Source of the DNA: Candidatus Thorarchaeota archaeon
Lineage (GTDB): Archaea > Asgardarchaeota > Thorarchaeia > Thorarchaeales > Thorarchaeaceae
Direction of reading: 5' to 3'
DNA length: 64,000 bases
NCBI GenBank assembly: GCA_011364905.1
Contig: RDNZ01000005.1
Location: 32,001-96,000 of the forward strand
Of the stretch, positions 10,788 through 22,300 are shown one piece after another; the stretch's first letter is position 1, and every line of letters starts with the position of its first letter. The position numbers were made by a program, and so were the translations under genes. Below the pieces are notes generated by a model. That model did not search any database. It was not told the DNA's origin and saw only the letters and a program-made list of their open reading frames with translations.

Positions 10788-10825
10788 TGTGACCAGGACC
10801 TTCCTGGTCACACCCCCTATTTTTC
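10788..10825 (+). terminator. Hairpin followed by T-tract
   Basis: 11-bp perfect inverted repeat TGTGACCAGGA/TCCTGGTCACA, then CCCCTATTTTT. Confidence 0.6.
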
Positions 10826-10961
10826 GTTCTGTAATTTTGACTGGGAAAAAACAGCAGACCCTTCGATTTGAGCAAACCCTCATTCCAAAAATCGGATAGC
10901 TATATCTTCATATGTTTAGATGAGATATGAATTACGATATAATAGAGAGAGGGTTTGCAAA

Positions 10962-11606
10962 ATGACTTACGGGTTGGACGCCAACGACCTGGAAAGAGAG
11001 GTTGAGATAGGTGTAGTGAGCGCCTTTGGTTGGGCGGTCATTGAGTTTGAAGCCACGCTATTTCAGAAATATTTGTTAATGTCAGCACCCAGCTCCTTGA
11101 TTACTGAAGATATGTTTCGGAAATATCTGAAGGATATGGAGGCAAAGGGGTACCTTGCGCCGGTTGATTTTCAAGGAAAGAAAGCATGGAAACGATTGGT
11201 GATTGATTCAGAGATCCAAGAGCCAGCAATGACTCCGGAAGAAGTTAACGAGTTCATTGCAAAAGCGCAGGCGGCATCGCAAAAGAAAAAGAAGAAACGT
11301 GAAGTTTTTAGTGATCATCGATTTCGGGAGTCCAAGAAGGTTGCGGAAAAGATTATTCGTACTCTTGAGCAGGTTATGCCTAAGTCGAAAGCTGGTAGAA
11401 TGCCTTGGGAACCAAAACTAATAGGCCATGTTGAGGGAATGCACAAAGCCCTCGCGGAGTCGAAGGATGAGTTTCTCAAGTACCTGAAGAAGAATATACC
11501 GAGCGCATATGATCCAATGAAAAAGATACTCAAATCGGAAGGAGAAGAAATGCTTCTCCTAAGTCTAAGATTCATTGAGTCTGGACAACGGGCGTATCCA
11601 CCATAG
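10962..11606 (+). CDS. Hypothetical protein, possible N-terminal winged helix and a basic linker
   Basis: Long ORF; FRKYLKDMEAKGYL wHTH-like segment; start moved to the ATG at 10962. Confidence 0.6.
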   Translation: MTYGLDANDLEREVEIGVVSAFGWAVIEFEATLFQKYLLMSAPSSLITEDMFRKYLKDMEAKGYLAPVDFQGKKAWKRLVIDSEIQEPAMTPEEVNEFIAKAQAASQKKKKKREVFSDHRFRESKKVAEKIIRTLEQVMPKSKAGRMPWEPKLIGHVEGMHKALAESKDEFLKYLKKNIPSAYDPMKKILKSEGEEMLLLSLRFIESGQRAYPP

Positions 11607-11656
11607 CTGTAAATGGTGATCTATGAAAGCTATATCACTGTCTTCTGTTTAATTTG

Positions 11657-13051
11657 CTACTGTCCAACGAGCTCTGTTCCAGAGAATGCAATAGTAGGCA
11701 GTATGACACTCCCGTTAACTCCAATATCAGAAATGCCCTGGACTTGTATGTCGTTCGCGATGTATAGGTCGCCCTTGAGGCTCTCGTATAGATTGCCAAC
11801 ATGCAGCGCGTGTTTGATTTGACTGGTTAATTCACCATTCTCTATTAGCCGAGCGTTCCGAATCTCATTCGAGAAGGAACCTGAAGTTGGTTCAACTTGA
11901 GGCCATGCAAAGTGCTCTATGAATACTCCTTTGTCGATTTCACTTACCATATCATCGACGGTCTTCGTTGACGGAGTGATTTCAAGTGTTGTTATTCTGC
12001 AAGTCACTGGAGCTGCAAACGCACCGTTGATTTCACGGGCACCACGCCGCATTCCATTACTTGTCGATTCCAAGTCCAATTGGGCTGCATTATAACTATC
12101 ATTCAAATATGATGTGAGAATACCCTTTTCAATCACCGAGGTCTTCTTCATTGGCATCCCTTCATCATCGACAAGTGCACTGAGGAGACCCCTCTCAGAT
12201 AGACCATTGTCATATATGGTCAAGACCTCGTTTGCCACTGTGTCTCCAACCTTGTCGGTCCAAGGACTTGACTTCTTGTTGACATTCTCTCCTGAAGCTG
12301 AAAATTCAATAATCCGATTAAGTAGCTGTGCAGTTTCACTAGGTGCAAGAACAGCAATGACATTGTCCCACTTCTCCTTAAAGGCATCTGCCTTCAAGAC
12401 ACTCAATGCTTGCTCTTTCAGCTTCTCACCAACTTTATCAAATTCAATCTCAGAAACTTCACGCGACCAACATCTTTGAACACCCTCTCCAACAGCGCCA
12501 GAAACCTCAGCTTTCGCAGTGAAAAACCCATAGACCATCGTTGATTTTGAACCAGCGTCAACACCAAGCGAGTTCATCACTTTAAAATCGACAGAACTTG
12601 CTCGAAGGGTACCATTTGGAACAGTGACACTGTCAGAGGCTGCGCTCTCAACAACCAACATGGCTTTGTCTGTAAGATATTCGCTATCTAGATGTGCGGT
12701 GTTTTTGTCATAGAATCGCTCAGGACTCCCAGATACTTTCTTTGGGCTTGGTAGCGATTTGAATTTGAGATCAGGACTACTCACTTTTGCCATCGAACTC
12801 GCTCGAGAAACGAGGTCATCTACTGACTCTAAAGTGAGTGTGGAACTGGTATACCCTATTTTCTTGTCTATTATGAGTTTTAGCCCAAATCCCAACTCTG
12901 TTTGGGATGTACCCATCTTCGCAATATCATCATCGATATAGACGCCGGATGTTCTGACGATGATCCCAAATACCTCTGCCTGGGTTGCACCTGCTTTCTC
13001 TGCTAGATGGAGAATTTTACTATTGGTGGATTCTATGTCCATCTCAACCAC
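11657..13051 (-). CDS. pmbA: TldE/PmbA family protein
   Basis: Overlaps tldD; DDEG, IEKGILTSYL, SNG motifs; no HExxxH. Confidence 0.9.
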   Translation of the reverse strand: MVEMDIESTNSKILHLAEKAGATQAEVFGIIVRTSGVYIDDDIAKMGTSQTELGFGLKLIIDKKIGYTSSTLTLESVDDLVSRASSMAKVSSPDLKFKSLPSPKKVSGSPERFYDKNTAHLDSEYLTDKAMLVVESAASDSVTVPNGTLRASSVDFKVMNSLGVDAGSKSTMVYGFFTAKAEVSGAVGEGVQRCWSREVSEIEFDKVGEKLKEQALSVLKADAFKEKWDNVIAVLAPSETAQLLNRIIEFSASGENVNKKSSPWTDKVGDTVANEVLTIYDNGLSERGLLSALVDDEGMPMKKTSVIEKGILTSYLNDSYNAAQLDLESTSNGMRRGAREINGAFAAPVTCRITTLEITPSTKTVDDMVSEIDKGVFIEHFAWPQVEPTSGSFSNEIRNARLIENGELTSQIKHALHVGNLYESLKGDLYIANDIQVQGISDIGVNGSVILPTIAFSGTELVGQ

Positions 13052-14432
13052 CTCCCACTATAAGTTCGACACGCATGTTGGGGCCCCCGGACGAAACCGG
13101 AATGAAATCCTCTTCTCCTTTCCCACAAGTACCACCGCTAAAAGACAGAGTGTCACCCACTGCGTCTACAGTTTTTAATAGTTCGAGGACCTTTCCTGCA
13201 ATCGACAGTTGTCTGACAAGCTGTGTCTTTTGCCCGTTTTTTATGATATACCCTTTTAGAGCTGTACCTTGAACTCCGCCCCCAACAACATCTTCCATTC
13301 CAGATGTGAATTTTGTGATAAACAAACCTTCCTTTGTGTCCTCGACAATCTCTTCATCTTTCCAATCACCTTTGTCAAAAAACGTGTTGGTCATTCTAGC
13401 AAAGACGCGTCGGTTGAAATCCTGTGCCCTGCCATTGCCGGTCGGCTGAACACCCATCAGTATCGCTGTTTCAAGGGTGTGGAGGTATCCCTTGAACACA
13501 CCGTTTTCGATTATCACGTTTCGTGACGATGGAGTCCCCTCCGAATCATAGGGTACACTTCCCGATGGCCCCTTCAATGTTCCATCATCAACCATTGAAA
13601 CTAGTTCAGTGCCAATTGTCTTGCCAACAAGACCTGTCAGAAATGACCGACCCTTGACTACCTCGTCCGCCTCACTTGCATGACCACAGACCTCATGAAC
13701 TATCAGACCTGCAATATTCCCATCAATGACGGTCGTGAGTTTTCCTGAAGGTGGTTTCTCAGCTGAAAGGAGTTCTATTGCTCCCTTAGCAGTCTTTGAT
13801 CCAAAGGCTTCAGGGTCAACACTTCGGGCTAGCTCAAAACCAGCAGTGCCATCAACCACATCGAAGTCGAACTGAACATTACTCCCCTCCCTTGCAACAG
13901 CTTGAGTCACAACACGGATTCTTGATTCATCCCATTCAAGTTTTGACCCAGCTGTGTTGACCAGCTTGTAGATTCTTCTTGCATCACCATAGACTGAGTT
14001 TGTGTTGACTATCTTGTCATTTAGCTTCTGAGCCTTATCGAGATTCATGAGAAGCTCTATCTTCTCTTCAGTTGACACATCACCCGGATCCTCCTCAACC
14101 TGCTGGTGGACTGTCCTCTCAATGCCCTCTATTTCAGAAAGATCAATATCCTTTCTAGAGTGTTTCGAACAAGCCTTTGCCATTTTTGCGGCTTTTTCAA
14201 GAAGGCCCAAAAACTCCTTTTCAGAGAGGTGTCTTGATGATGAGGCAGTACCCCAGCATTCGCCGACGAGAGTGCGAGCAACAGCACCAGCAGTAGACCT
14301 TCTGTTGAATGAACGAAGCGAACCATTTGTCACATAAAGGTTCGTTGCATTCCGATCTTCAAGGCGAATGTCTGCAAAGGAAACCGCCTTATCGGAAAAT
14401 GAGTCAAGAGCCTTATCCATAATATCCAGCAT
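13044..14432 (-). CDS. tldD: TldD family metalloprotease
   Basis: HEVCGHASEAD, DSEG, TGNGR, RMTNT, GTCGKG motifs. Confidence 0.93.
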   Translation of the reverse strand: MLDIMDKALDSFSDKAVSFADIRLEDRNATNLYVTNGSLRSFNRRSTAGAVARTLVGECWGTASSSRHLSEKEFLGLLEKAAKMAKACSKHSRKDIDLSEIEGIERTVHQQVEEDPGDVSTEEKIELLMNLDKAQKLNDKIVNTNSVYGDARRIYKLVNTAGSKLEWDESRIRVVTQAVAREGSNVQFDFDVVDGTAGFELARSVDPEAFGSKTAKGAIELLSAEKPPSGKLTTVIDGNIAGLIVHEVCGHASEADEVVKGRSFLTGLVGKTIGTELVSMVDDGTLKGPSGSVPYDSEGTPSSRNVIIENGVFKGYLHTLETAILMGVQPTGNGRAQDFNRRVFARMTNTFFDKGDWKDEEIVEDTKEGLFITKFTSGMEDVVGGGVQGTALKGYIIKNGQKTQLVRQLSIAGKVLELLKTVDAVGDTLSFSGGTCGKGEEDFIPVSSGGPNMRVELIVGGG

Positions 14433-14507
14433 CTGGCTTCACTACTGCTCTCGGTTTTTGCAGTGGAGATAAGTCTTTGGAGAAAAGCAACTATAATGAC
14501 CAAAGGA

Positions 14508-15437
14508 TCAATCTTGGACGTAAAGAGTGCCCTTCATCATAGTCACTGCAGTACCACTCACTTTGACCTGCTCAATGTTTTCCTGGTTGCCACGAACCTC
14601 AACGAAAATTTTGCCAGGTCTATCTACATAGTGGCCTTGCTCGATGACGATGCTCGTTACTGGATATGTTGTTTCCATGATACCATATCTGATTAAGTAG
14701 CTACCAAGACTTCCAGCCGCTGAGCCAGATACTGGATCCTCATAGATACCAAACGCAGGACCGAAGTGACGGACTTGAGCATCTGATGTTGGCTCCCTTG
14801 TATCTCGAGTGAAAACACTAAGAGAAACATAGTCAGAGTTAGCCTGTAACTTCTTCAAGCACTCCCAATCAGGTTTGATTCTATCAAGAGACCTACTTGT
14901 TGAAACCGGCATCATTAGATGAGGCGTTCCAGTACTCACAGTCTGCAAAGGATTTGGTGAAAGAATATCTGCTAACGAGAGACCTAAAGCTTCAGCATAT
15001 TCTTTGGGATCATAAGTTTCTAGGAACTGAGGCTTTTTGTGAGTTATTTGAATCTCGGGATGTCCGGTCGATTCATTCCTCACAATCTCAATATCAAGGA
15101 TGCCCGTACTGGTTTCAAGACTTACCATTGTGACATCCTGGACTAATTCGATAAAGCCCTCTTCGACAAGTGCATGAAAAGCGGCAATAGTTGGATGTCC
15201 AGAAAATCCTATTTCCCTTTTGGGAGTCATGTATCGAAAATGGAAGTCAGCTACTTGTGATTTAGAAACAAACACTGTTTCAGTCACATTCATTTCACGA
15301 GCAATTTTATTCATCGTCTGCTCGCTGACACGATCTGCATCCAGAACGACAGCAGCAGGATTCCCTCCAAACGGCTTATCGGTGAATGCATCAACTTGAA
15401 TCACGTTGAGGGTATGGTTACTAAGCATGGACATCAA
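14508..15437 (-). CDS. PhzF family epimerase/isomerase
   Basis: QVDAFTDKPFGGNPAAVV, TETVFV, FSGHPT, EDPVSGSA, EQG. Confidence 0.92.
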   Translation of the reverse strand: MMSMLSNHTLNVIQVDAFTDKPFGGNPAAVVLDADRVSEQTMNKIAREMNVTETVFVSKSQVADFHFRYMTPKREIGFSGHPTIAAFHALVEEGFIELVQDVTMVSLETSTGILDIEIVRNESTGHPEIQITHKKPQFLETYDPKEYAEALGLSLADILSPNPLQTVSTGTPHLMMPVSTSRSLDRIKPDWECLKKLQANSDYVSLSVFTRDTREPTSDAQVRHFGPAFGIYEDPVSGSAAGSLGSYLIRYGIMETTYPVTSIVIEQGHYVDRPGKIFVEVRGNQENIEQVKVSGTAVTMMKGTLYVQD

Positions 15438-15501
15438 CTTGTGGGGAAACCGCTCAATGGTTAATTAAGAATTCCATAAGGACAGAGTAGCTGCCACACA
15501 T

Positions 15502-15771
15502 TCATTTACTCTCCATATGATGGGAGAATTGCTCTTTGTGTTGTGAATGATACAAGACTCTATCTGCAGGGATTATCTTAGCCGGTCCGAACCTGGCTTT
15601 AGCAGGTTCGTAGTCACAATCAAGTAGGGTTGCAGACCACATATCACGACCCTGCTTCCCAGTAGTTTCGTGAGCAGCGCTCGGTCTGTTCTTGGTTATC
15701 CTAACACTATAGGCATAGAATAGCATTGACAGTAATACGCCAAACCCAAGCAGATAGATTATGAACGGCAT
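15502..15771 (-). CDS. Small hypothetical membrane protein
   Basis: 89-aa ORF with N-terminal TM helix; TATA-like element upstream. Confidence 0.45.
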   Translation of the reverse strand: MPFIIYLLGFGVLLSMLFYAYSVRITKNRPSAAHETTGKQGRDMWSATLLDCDYEPAKARFGPAKIIPADRVLYHSQHKEQFSHHMESK

Positions 15772-15858
15772 TGTTAACTATTGTGAATTATATTGATTTA
15801 AGGTTTCTGTTAGACTGACAAACACATTGTTCAGATATGGAAGGCAATGGAAGAAGGT

Positions 15859-15940
15859 GGCGAGCACGTGGGAATCGTGGTAGGAGGGGGGAGTTTCGTA
15901 ATTGAGGGCATGTAACGAAAAACTAGCCCACACGCTCGCC
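15859..15940 (-). other. Candidate structured RNA element closed by a 14-bp stem
   Basis: On the minus strand GGCGAGCGTGTGGG pairs with CCCACGTGCTCGCC using two G-U wobbles; inner TTTCGT/ACGAAA stem. Confidence 0.45.
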
Positions 15941-16174
15941 TTTGCTTTTTACTTTAATAGGATTTATGCCCGGCTATTCCTACTTAGACTTGTATTAATT
16001 CTTTTCTCCACTTATTAAAGTTTGTTTTGGTACTAGGAAAATTCGCAAAATAATTGAGCCCTATTCATTGTATAAGCTCTATTTTTCAATAGCAAAAATT
16101 GTAATCACATCACCATTTCAGTGGATGAATTGTTCTTAAATTACGGCGAATTGTTCTAATGAGAAATTATAGTG

Positions 16175-16218
16175 GAAAAAGAAAAACAGAGGTGTGTGTT
16201 CATGATGAAACACACACA
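16175..16218 (-). terminator. Hairpin and T-tract downstream of tes
   Basis: GTGTGTGTT/AACACACAC inverted repeat followed on the minus strand by TTTTTCTTTTT. Confidence 0.55.
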
Positions 16219-16230
16219 TGTTAGCGATCT

Positions 16231-17883
16231 TTACTTTTCACTAGTATAAGGCGTTGAGATGCTTTCCTCTTCAACCTTGGTCGGTTTGTGGCCAGACCGC
16301 CATTCATCGATTGTCTTTGAGAACTTCTTCTCAATCCTCGAACGGTGAATAGTGTTCATCGTGCAGAATGGGATAATACGTCCATCTGGGACAGAGTAGT
16401 TGATGTCACAATGCTGGACACGTTCAAGGTCGAAGTTGTAGGGGTCTTGGAAGTGCATCATCCCTAGCATGATGATACGTCTCATGAGTTTGGCAAGTGA
16501 GTCATAGTCTCCACGATTGAGGAATGCACCAAGAAGGTCTTTGATGATGCCTTTCTTCTTGATATGACGAACACCAGCTGCAAGTTTCGCTTTTGCACGT
16601 GTGCTCGCACCTCTTGCTTGGTCGGCAAATAGATTCGCAATTTCCTCAAGCAAGACTAGGAATTTGTCAACATCGATGATGTCTGTGATTGGTCTGTAAC
16701 TGCCATCATCATCAATGTAAATGAAAGTGGCCATTCCGCATGCAAAGTGAGAACTCAACTCAAGATCAGGACCGCCCTTGATCAGACCAAGAGCACGACC
16801 AACTGGCATCATTGAGGGCACAGGGTACCATTCGGTATGAGGTATCTTGCCGCCTGTTTGCTCCTCGATGAGGTGAATGGCATCAGGAATAGTGATTCTC
16901 ATCTCGTTACGTGCAGCATAATCAATCCGACCAGTAATGCTCACCGGTTGGAAGTTCACGCAACGCACAACGTCACGGTTCTCTACAGCAAACTCGACTA
17001 TTCCACCAAGCTGGCCATCATTTACGCCTCGTACAACAGTTGGAACCAAAACTAAAGATTCCATTCCAACCTCACGAGCGTTCTGGATAGCTTGCTTCTT
17101 TAAAGGCAGGAGATTTGTACCGCGGGCCGCAAGGTAGGGCTCAGGAGTAATCCCATCGAATTGCATGTATATAGTTGAGAGACCAGCATCACGAAGTTCC
17201 TGCAAGTATTCTTTGCTTTTGCCAATGCGTATCGCGTTGCTAGCTATCTGTACGTGACTGAAACCAAGCTGCTTTGCCCACTTGATATATTGGGGCAGAT
17301 TCTTACTGACAGTTGGTTCGCCTCCAGCAAATTGGATCGCAGGAGCTGGAACAGGTAAATTGCTACGGAGGTTCTTCATCATATCAAAGACCTCCTGAGG
17401 TTCTGGCTCATAGACAGTTCCACCCTCAGCAGCAACAGCGAAGCAAATAGGACATCGAAGGTTACAGCGATTAGTCACATCAAGAAGAGCAAGAGCTGTG
17501 TGAGACTTGTGTTCAGGGCATTGGCCACAATCTTCGGGGCAGCCTTTCACAGTTTCAGTTCGCGGATTGTCAAGACCAACTGACTTGTACCACCACTTTT
17601 GGGCTTTCTTGAACATTTCAACATCACCCCAGTAAACATCCACAAACTCTCCATGCTTCTCACAGGTCTTCTTGTACATGACCTTACCATCGTCTTCATA
17701 GAGGGTTGCATCGATCACATGGACTTCATCATCAGTCAAGAAGCATTCAGGACAAATCGATTGAGTCGTATATGGTAATTCTTTGACTGGGTACCGTTCA
17801 ACATGATACCTTGATATTGGCCCACCATCTTCATGTTTTACGGGTTCTTCTGGTATTTTTTTAATATCATTATCAGTAGCCAT
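16231..17883 (-). CDS. tes: Radical SAM tetraether lipid synthase (Tes / GDGT-MAS, MJ0619 family)
   Basis: N-terminal CPEC...CEKHG, CPEDCGQCPEH, rSAM CNLRCPIC, C-terminal HFQDPYNFDLERVQHC...DGRIIPFC. Confidence 0.88.
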   Translation of the reverse strand: MATDNDIKKIPEEPVKHEDGGPISRYHVERYPVKELPYTTQSICPECFLTDDEVHVIDATLYEDDGKVMYKKTCEKHGEFVDVYWGDVEMFKKAQKWWYKSVGLDNPRTETVKGCPEDCGQCPEHKSHTALALLDVTNRCNLRCPICFAVAAEGGTVYEPEPQEVFDMMKNLRSNLPVPAPAIQFAGGEPTVSKNLPQYIKWAKQLGFSHVQIASNAIRIGKSKEYLQELRDAGLSTIYMQFDGITPEPYLAARGTNLLPLKKQAIQNAREVGMESLVLVPTVVRGVNDGQLGGIVEFAVENRDVVRCVNFQPVSITGRIDYAARNEMRITIPDAIHLIEEQTGGKIPHTEWYPVPSMMPVGRALGLIKGGPDLELSSHFACGMATFIYIDDDGSYRPITDIIDVDKFLVLLEEIANLFADQARGASTRAKAKLAAGVRHIKKKGIIKDLLGAFLNRGDYDSLAKLMRRIIMLGMMHFQDPYNFDLERVQHCDINYSVPDGRIIPFCTMNTIHRSRIEKKFSKTIDEWRSGHKPTKVEEESISTPYTSEK

Positions 17884-18000
17884 AATTATTCACTCCATGG
17901 CCAAATAAAACCACCACTGAACAGGGTGGTATTGTCTGATACGGTGCGCCAAGAATTTGAATATAAGTTTAATCCGAAGTTTCCGAATATGTAAAGTGAG

Positions 18001-18318
18001 CTACTCGTACCCTTCAGCTTCTTCAGATGAAAGAACATATCCCTTCGTGAATCCGCCTCGAGCAAGAAGTTTACTGTGTCGTTGGAGTTCAATGAGTGCT
18101 GTGTCTGCTTTTCTGAGTCTAAGTAGGGCATCGATAGCCTCTTGAATATCGACTAGTTCCTCAGTATCACCAGAGAAAAGAAACTCCTTTGCCTCTTCGA
18201 CAATCTTCTCGCGAAGCAGCACTTCAAGCTCATCAGGTCCGGCAACGCGAACCCTGGGATTTCCTCCATTTTCACGAATAATGTCTGGAATCTTATCTCG
18301 TACTAGTTTTTCTGCCAA
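18001..18318 (-). CDS. MazG/HisE-like nucleoside triphosphate pyrophosphohydrolase
   Basis: KLVRDKIPDII, KIVEEAKEF, EELVDI, RGGF; TTG start after a GGTGA SD. Confidence 0.85.
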   Translation of the reverse strand: MAEKLVRDKIPDIIRENGGNPRVRVAGPDELEVLLREKIVEEAKEFLFSGDTEELVDIQEAIDALLRLRKADTALIELQRHSKLLARGGFTKGYVLSSEEAEGYE

Positions 18319-18334
18319 GAGAATCACCCATTTC

Positions 18335-19009
18335 TTATCTGATTGCAAGCGCAACTTCTACTTGATATTTCGCAGCATCCAAGAATGCATCTGCAGCAAG
18401 TCTGACTGAATTGGGAAGTTCTGAGGTCCAAGGAGACTCAGCATCTCGTGGTGTAGATTCAGTCATAGCTGAGAATGCCAGATACTCGACATTCATTGCA
18501 TCATCAAAGGAAATCGTTCCCACCCATTGACCCTCTCCATCCACAACCTCGTACGTCGGGAGGAACTTCTTCATTCCTTCAGGAACAATGGCATTCCAAT
18601 AGATCGACATGTCATTGAATTGCTCTGGGTCTCCGAGACCTATGGTGTACGTGTCCATTGTCGCAGTTGCTGTCACTAGCTTATAGAGAATACCTATGTG
18701 ACAATTCAGACACTGATTGAACTCAAGACCATCGCCGCTGGGTTCGACATATGCAATTCCATTTTTCTCAATATTATCGTCATTGCAGTGAACACAGAGA
18801 TTCATGCCCCATCTCACTTCAAGGTGGTCGCTAAATGGCCCCTTGAGAAAACGGTCTTCAGCTCCTTCAAAAGCGCTTCTTACTGCTTCTTTCCCTTCGC
18901 CGTCCATTTTGGTCCGGATGGCTTTCCAGACTTGAAGACCATCTTGCCAAAGAATGTTGAAAATCATATCTGCAAGCTTGTCAAGAGACCTTTCTTCTAA
19001 TGCGCTCAT
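18335..19009 (-). CDS. Hypothetical protein with two CxxC motifs
   Basis: 224-aa ORF; CVHC and CLNC. Confidence 0.6.
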   Translation of the reverse strand: MSALEERSLDKLADMIFNILWQDGLQVWKAIRTKMDGEGKEAVRSAFEGAEDRFLKGPFSDHLEVRWGMNLCVHCNDDNIEKNGIAYVEPSGDGLEFNQCLNCHIGILYKLVTATATMDTYTIGLGDPEQFNDMSIYWNAIVPEGMKKFLPTYEVVDGEGQWVGTISFDDAMNVEYLAFSAMTESTPRDAESPWTSELPNSVRLAADAFLDAAKYQVEVALAIR

Positions 19010-19313
19010 AGCATCACGTCAATAGAATAAGGACTAGACATTTCAATTAAACATTGGTTGGACCTCCTGAAGGTCAACTATTGCTAGCCTAAGATTTTTA
19101 ACTAAGTCAGAATGAGATTCCAGAGGACGAATAGGTGAGAAAAGGATGGATTGCCAAATTCACTAACTCATATGAAAGTGAATGTAGTCCGTTCTCTGAT
19201 TGCATGCTTGTTCGATCTTTTATGGTGTATTCAGAGCAATATGTTAGACAACCATACTCCATATCGAGCTGCCATACTGCATTTGCAAGTTACAGATATT
19301 ATCTATTCCGACG

Positions 19314-22300
19314 TTGGTGATGGAAGTGTTCAAGCCAGTACCCAGTCAAGTTGATTTTGTTGCCCAAGAAAAAGAAATGCTCAAGCTGTGGAGTGATTCG
19401 CAGATTTTTGAGAAACTAAAGAGTCTCAGAGCAAATGGGCCAATCTGGTCATTCCTTGATGGCCCCATCACAGCCAACAATCCCATGGGAATCCATCATG
19501 GATGGGGACGCACCTACAAAGATCTATACCATCGTTTCAAAGGTATGCAAGGATACCACACCCGATATCAAAATGGATTTGACTGCCAAGGGCTTTGGGT
19601 GGAGGTCAATGTGGAACGGGACTTGGGATTCAAGGGCAAGCAGGACATAGAAGCATTCGGATTGGAGAAGTTTATCATTCTATGCAAGCAGCGTGTTTTG
19701 AAATACGCTGCAATCCAAATGGAGCAGAGTGTACGTTTAGGCTATTGGATGAACTGGGACAATCCAGAAACTCTTCAAAAATTGCACGATGCTCTTGGTA
19801 AAAACCCGTTAGCAGAAATGACAATCGAAGGCGTGAAAGGTCCGGTCACTGGTACAGTTGAACAACTTGTTGGAAAGCTTGGGACACCTGAGGTGGGAGG
19901 ATCGTATTTCACATTCTCTGAAGAGAACAACTATACGATTTGGTCTATGCTAAAATCCTGTCATGATAGAGGGTGGATATACAAAGGCCGGGACGTAATG
20001 CCATGGTGCGCTCGATGCGGAACGGGAATTAGTCAACATGAGATAGTAACCGAGGGCTATCGTGAGTTGACGCATCCTAGCATCACATTGAGATTTCCAT
20101 TGGTAGATCGACCTGGAGAAAGTCTTCTTGTATGGACCACGACGCCATGGACCCTGAGCAGCAACGTTGCAGCAGCTGTTGGTCCAGACTTAACATATGC
20201 AAAGGTGCGTCAGGGAGAGGAAATTCTGTACCTCAGTAACAAGACTTTACACATGCTGAAAGGAGATTTCCAAGTTGAGGAGGAACTCCTAGGTCTCGAT
20301 ATGGAGGGGTGGGTATATCATGGCCCTTTCGATGAGCTTCCGGCTCAGAAAGAGCATGACGTTGCAGGAAAGCACCGAGTGGTTGCTTGGGATGAGGTAG
20401 GTGAGGAGGAGGGTACAGGGATTGTACATATTGCACCAGGTTGTGGTGCAGAAGACTTCGAACTCTCAAAGGAGCTTAATCTTGCTGTAATTGCGCCACT
20501 TACGGAGAATGGAATTTTCCTGGATGGATTTGACTGGCTGACTGGGATGAATGTGAAGGAAGTTGCTCAGCCAATATTCGATAACCTCCGCAAGAAGGGT
20601 CTGGTGTACAGGATAGAGGACTATACTCACCGATATCCTGTGTGTTGGAGATGCCAAGAAGAGCTGGTCTTTCGGCTTGTAGATGAGTGGTTCATTTCCA
20701 TGGGTGCGAAACTAGACATTCCGTATGAAGATGTCATGGAAGAACAGAAAGAACATAATCTTCGCTACCAAATCATGGAGGTGGTTACCAGCGATACCAA
20801 TTGGTATCCTTCCTTTGGAAAAGATAGAGAGCTAGATTGGCTTCGAAACATGGATGATTGGATGATCTCCAAGAAACGCTATTGGGGACTCGCGTTGCCA
20901 ATCTGGGAGTGTTCGCACTGCGGCCACTTCGAAGTGATAGGCAGTAGAGATGAACTCAAGAAGCGAGCTGTTGCTGGATGGGATGCTTTCGAGGGGCATT
21001 CACCACACCGACCGTTCATAGATGAGATTGAGATAGAGTGCACTGAATGTAAAAAGAGAATGAAGCGAATACCTGACGTTGGAAACCCATGGCTGGATGC
21101 AGGTATTGTTGCCATGAGTACAATGAGGTACAATTCAGATAGAGAGTATTGGAACAAATGGTTCCCAGCAGATCTCATTAGCGAGAGCTTTCCGGGGCAA
21201 TTTCGAAACTGGTTCTATAGTTTACTCGCAATGAGCACAATCCTTGAGCGTCGAGCACCATTCAGGGATGTCTTCACCTATGCCACACTGAATGCTGAAG
21301 ATGGAAGGCCGATGCACAAATCCTGGGGCAACATGGTGGAGTTTGATGATGCAGCCGATTCGATGGGAGTTGATGTAATGCGCTTAATCTATTGCGCTCA
21401 TCGACCTGAGAAGGACCTTGCCTTTGGATACCACCGTGCTGATGAGGTGAGGCGACAGTTCCTGATTCCGCTATGGAATGTCTACTCATTCTTTGTCACA
21501 TATGCTTTGATAGATGGATGGGTTCCGCATAAGGAGAGGAGACTGACTCTAAGCCTATTGGACCGATGGATACTCTCAAGAATGAATGAGTTCACTCGCG
21601 AGGTTACAGATTCTTTGAATGCATATGAGCCGGATACAGCGACAGCGGCCATCGCTCGTTTCATAGATCATCTTAGTAATTGGTATCTCCGGCGAAGCCG
21701 AAGGCGATTCTGGGCTGAATCAGGAGCAAGTGACGATGTTGATGCAGATAAGAATGCAGCATATGATACGTTGTATCGTGTGCTCATCACTCTATCTCGA
21801 CTACTTGCCCCATTCGCACCGTTCGTATCAGAAGCTATGCATCAGAACCTAACACAGGGAGTTGAAACAGACACACCTGAAAGCGTTCATCTTTGTGATT
21901 GGCCTCAGAGCGAGTCCATCGATACAAAACTCAACTCAGAAATGGAGTTCATCTTACGTCTGGTTTCACTTGGACATGCAGCAAGAAACCAAGCGAATTG
22001 TAAACTTCGCCAACCATTGTCAGAGATCGCATTTGCTGTTACTTCTGATATGGAACAAGAAGTAGTTATGCGCTATAAAGATGTGATAGCAGATGAACTG
22101 AATGTAAAAGAAGTCCGGCTGCTAGATGTTACTGCTGAGGTGATAAGTTATCAGCTCAAGCCACTGCCAAAGCAGCTAGGTCAGAAATATGGCTCGCGTT
22201 TCCCTGAACTCAGAAAAGCCATATTGCAGCTAGACACACGAGATGCTTCAACCCAGTTTCTGAATGGCAATTCAGTTGATGTGACCTTAAATGGAGAGAA

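Noticed and set aside
11657-17883. TldD/TldE + PhzF + small ORF + radical SAM as a RiPP biosynthetic cluster
   Set aside because: The radical SAM protein has the Tes architecture, TldD/E is a common archaeal pair, and the small ORF looks like a membrane protein rather than a precursor peptide
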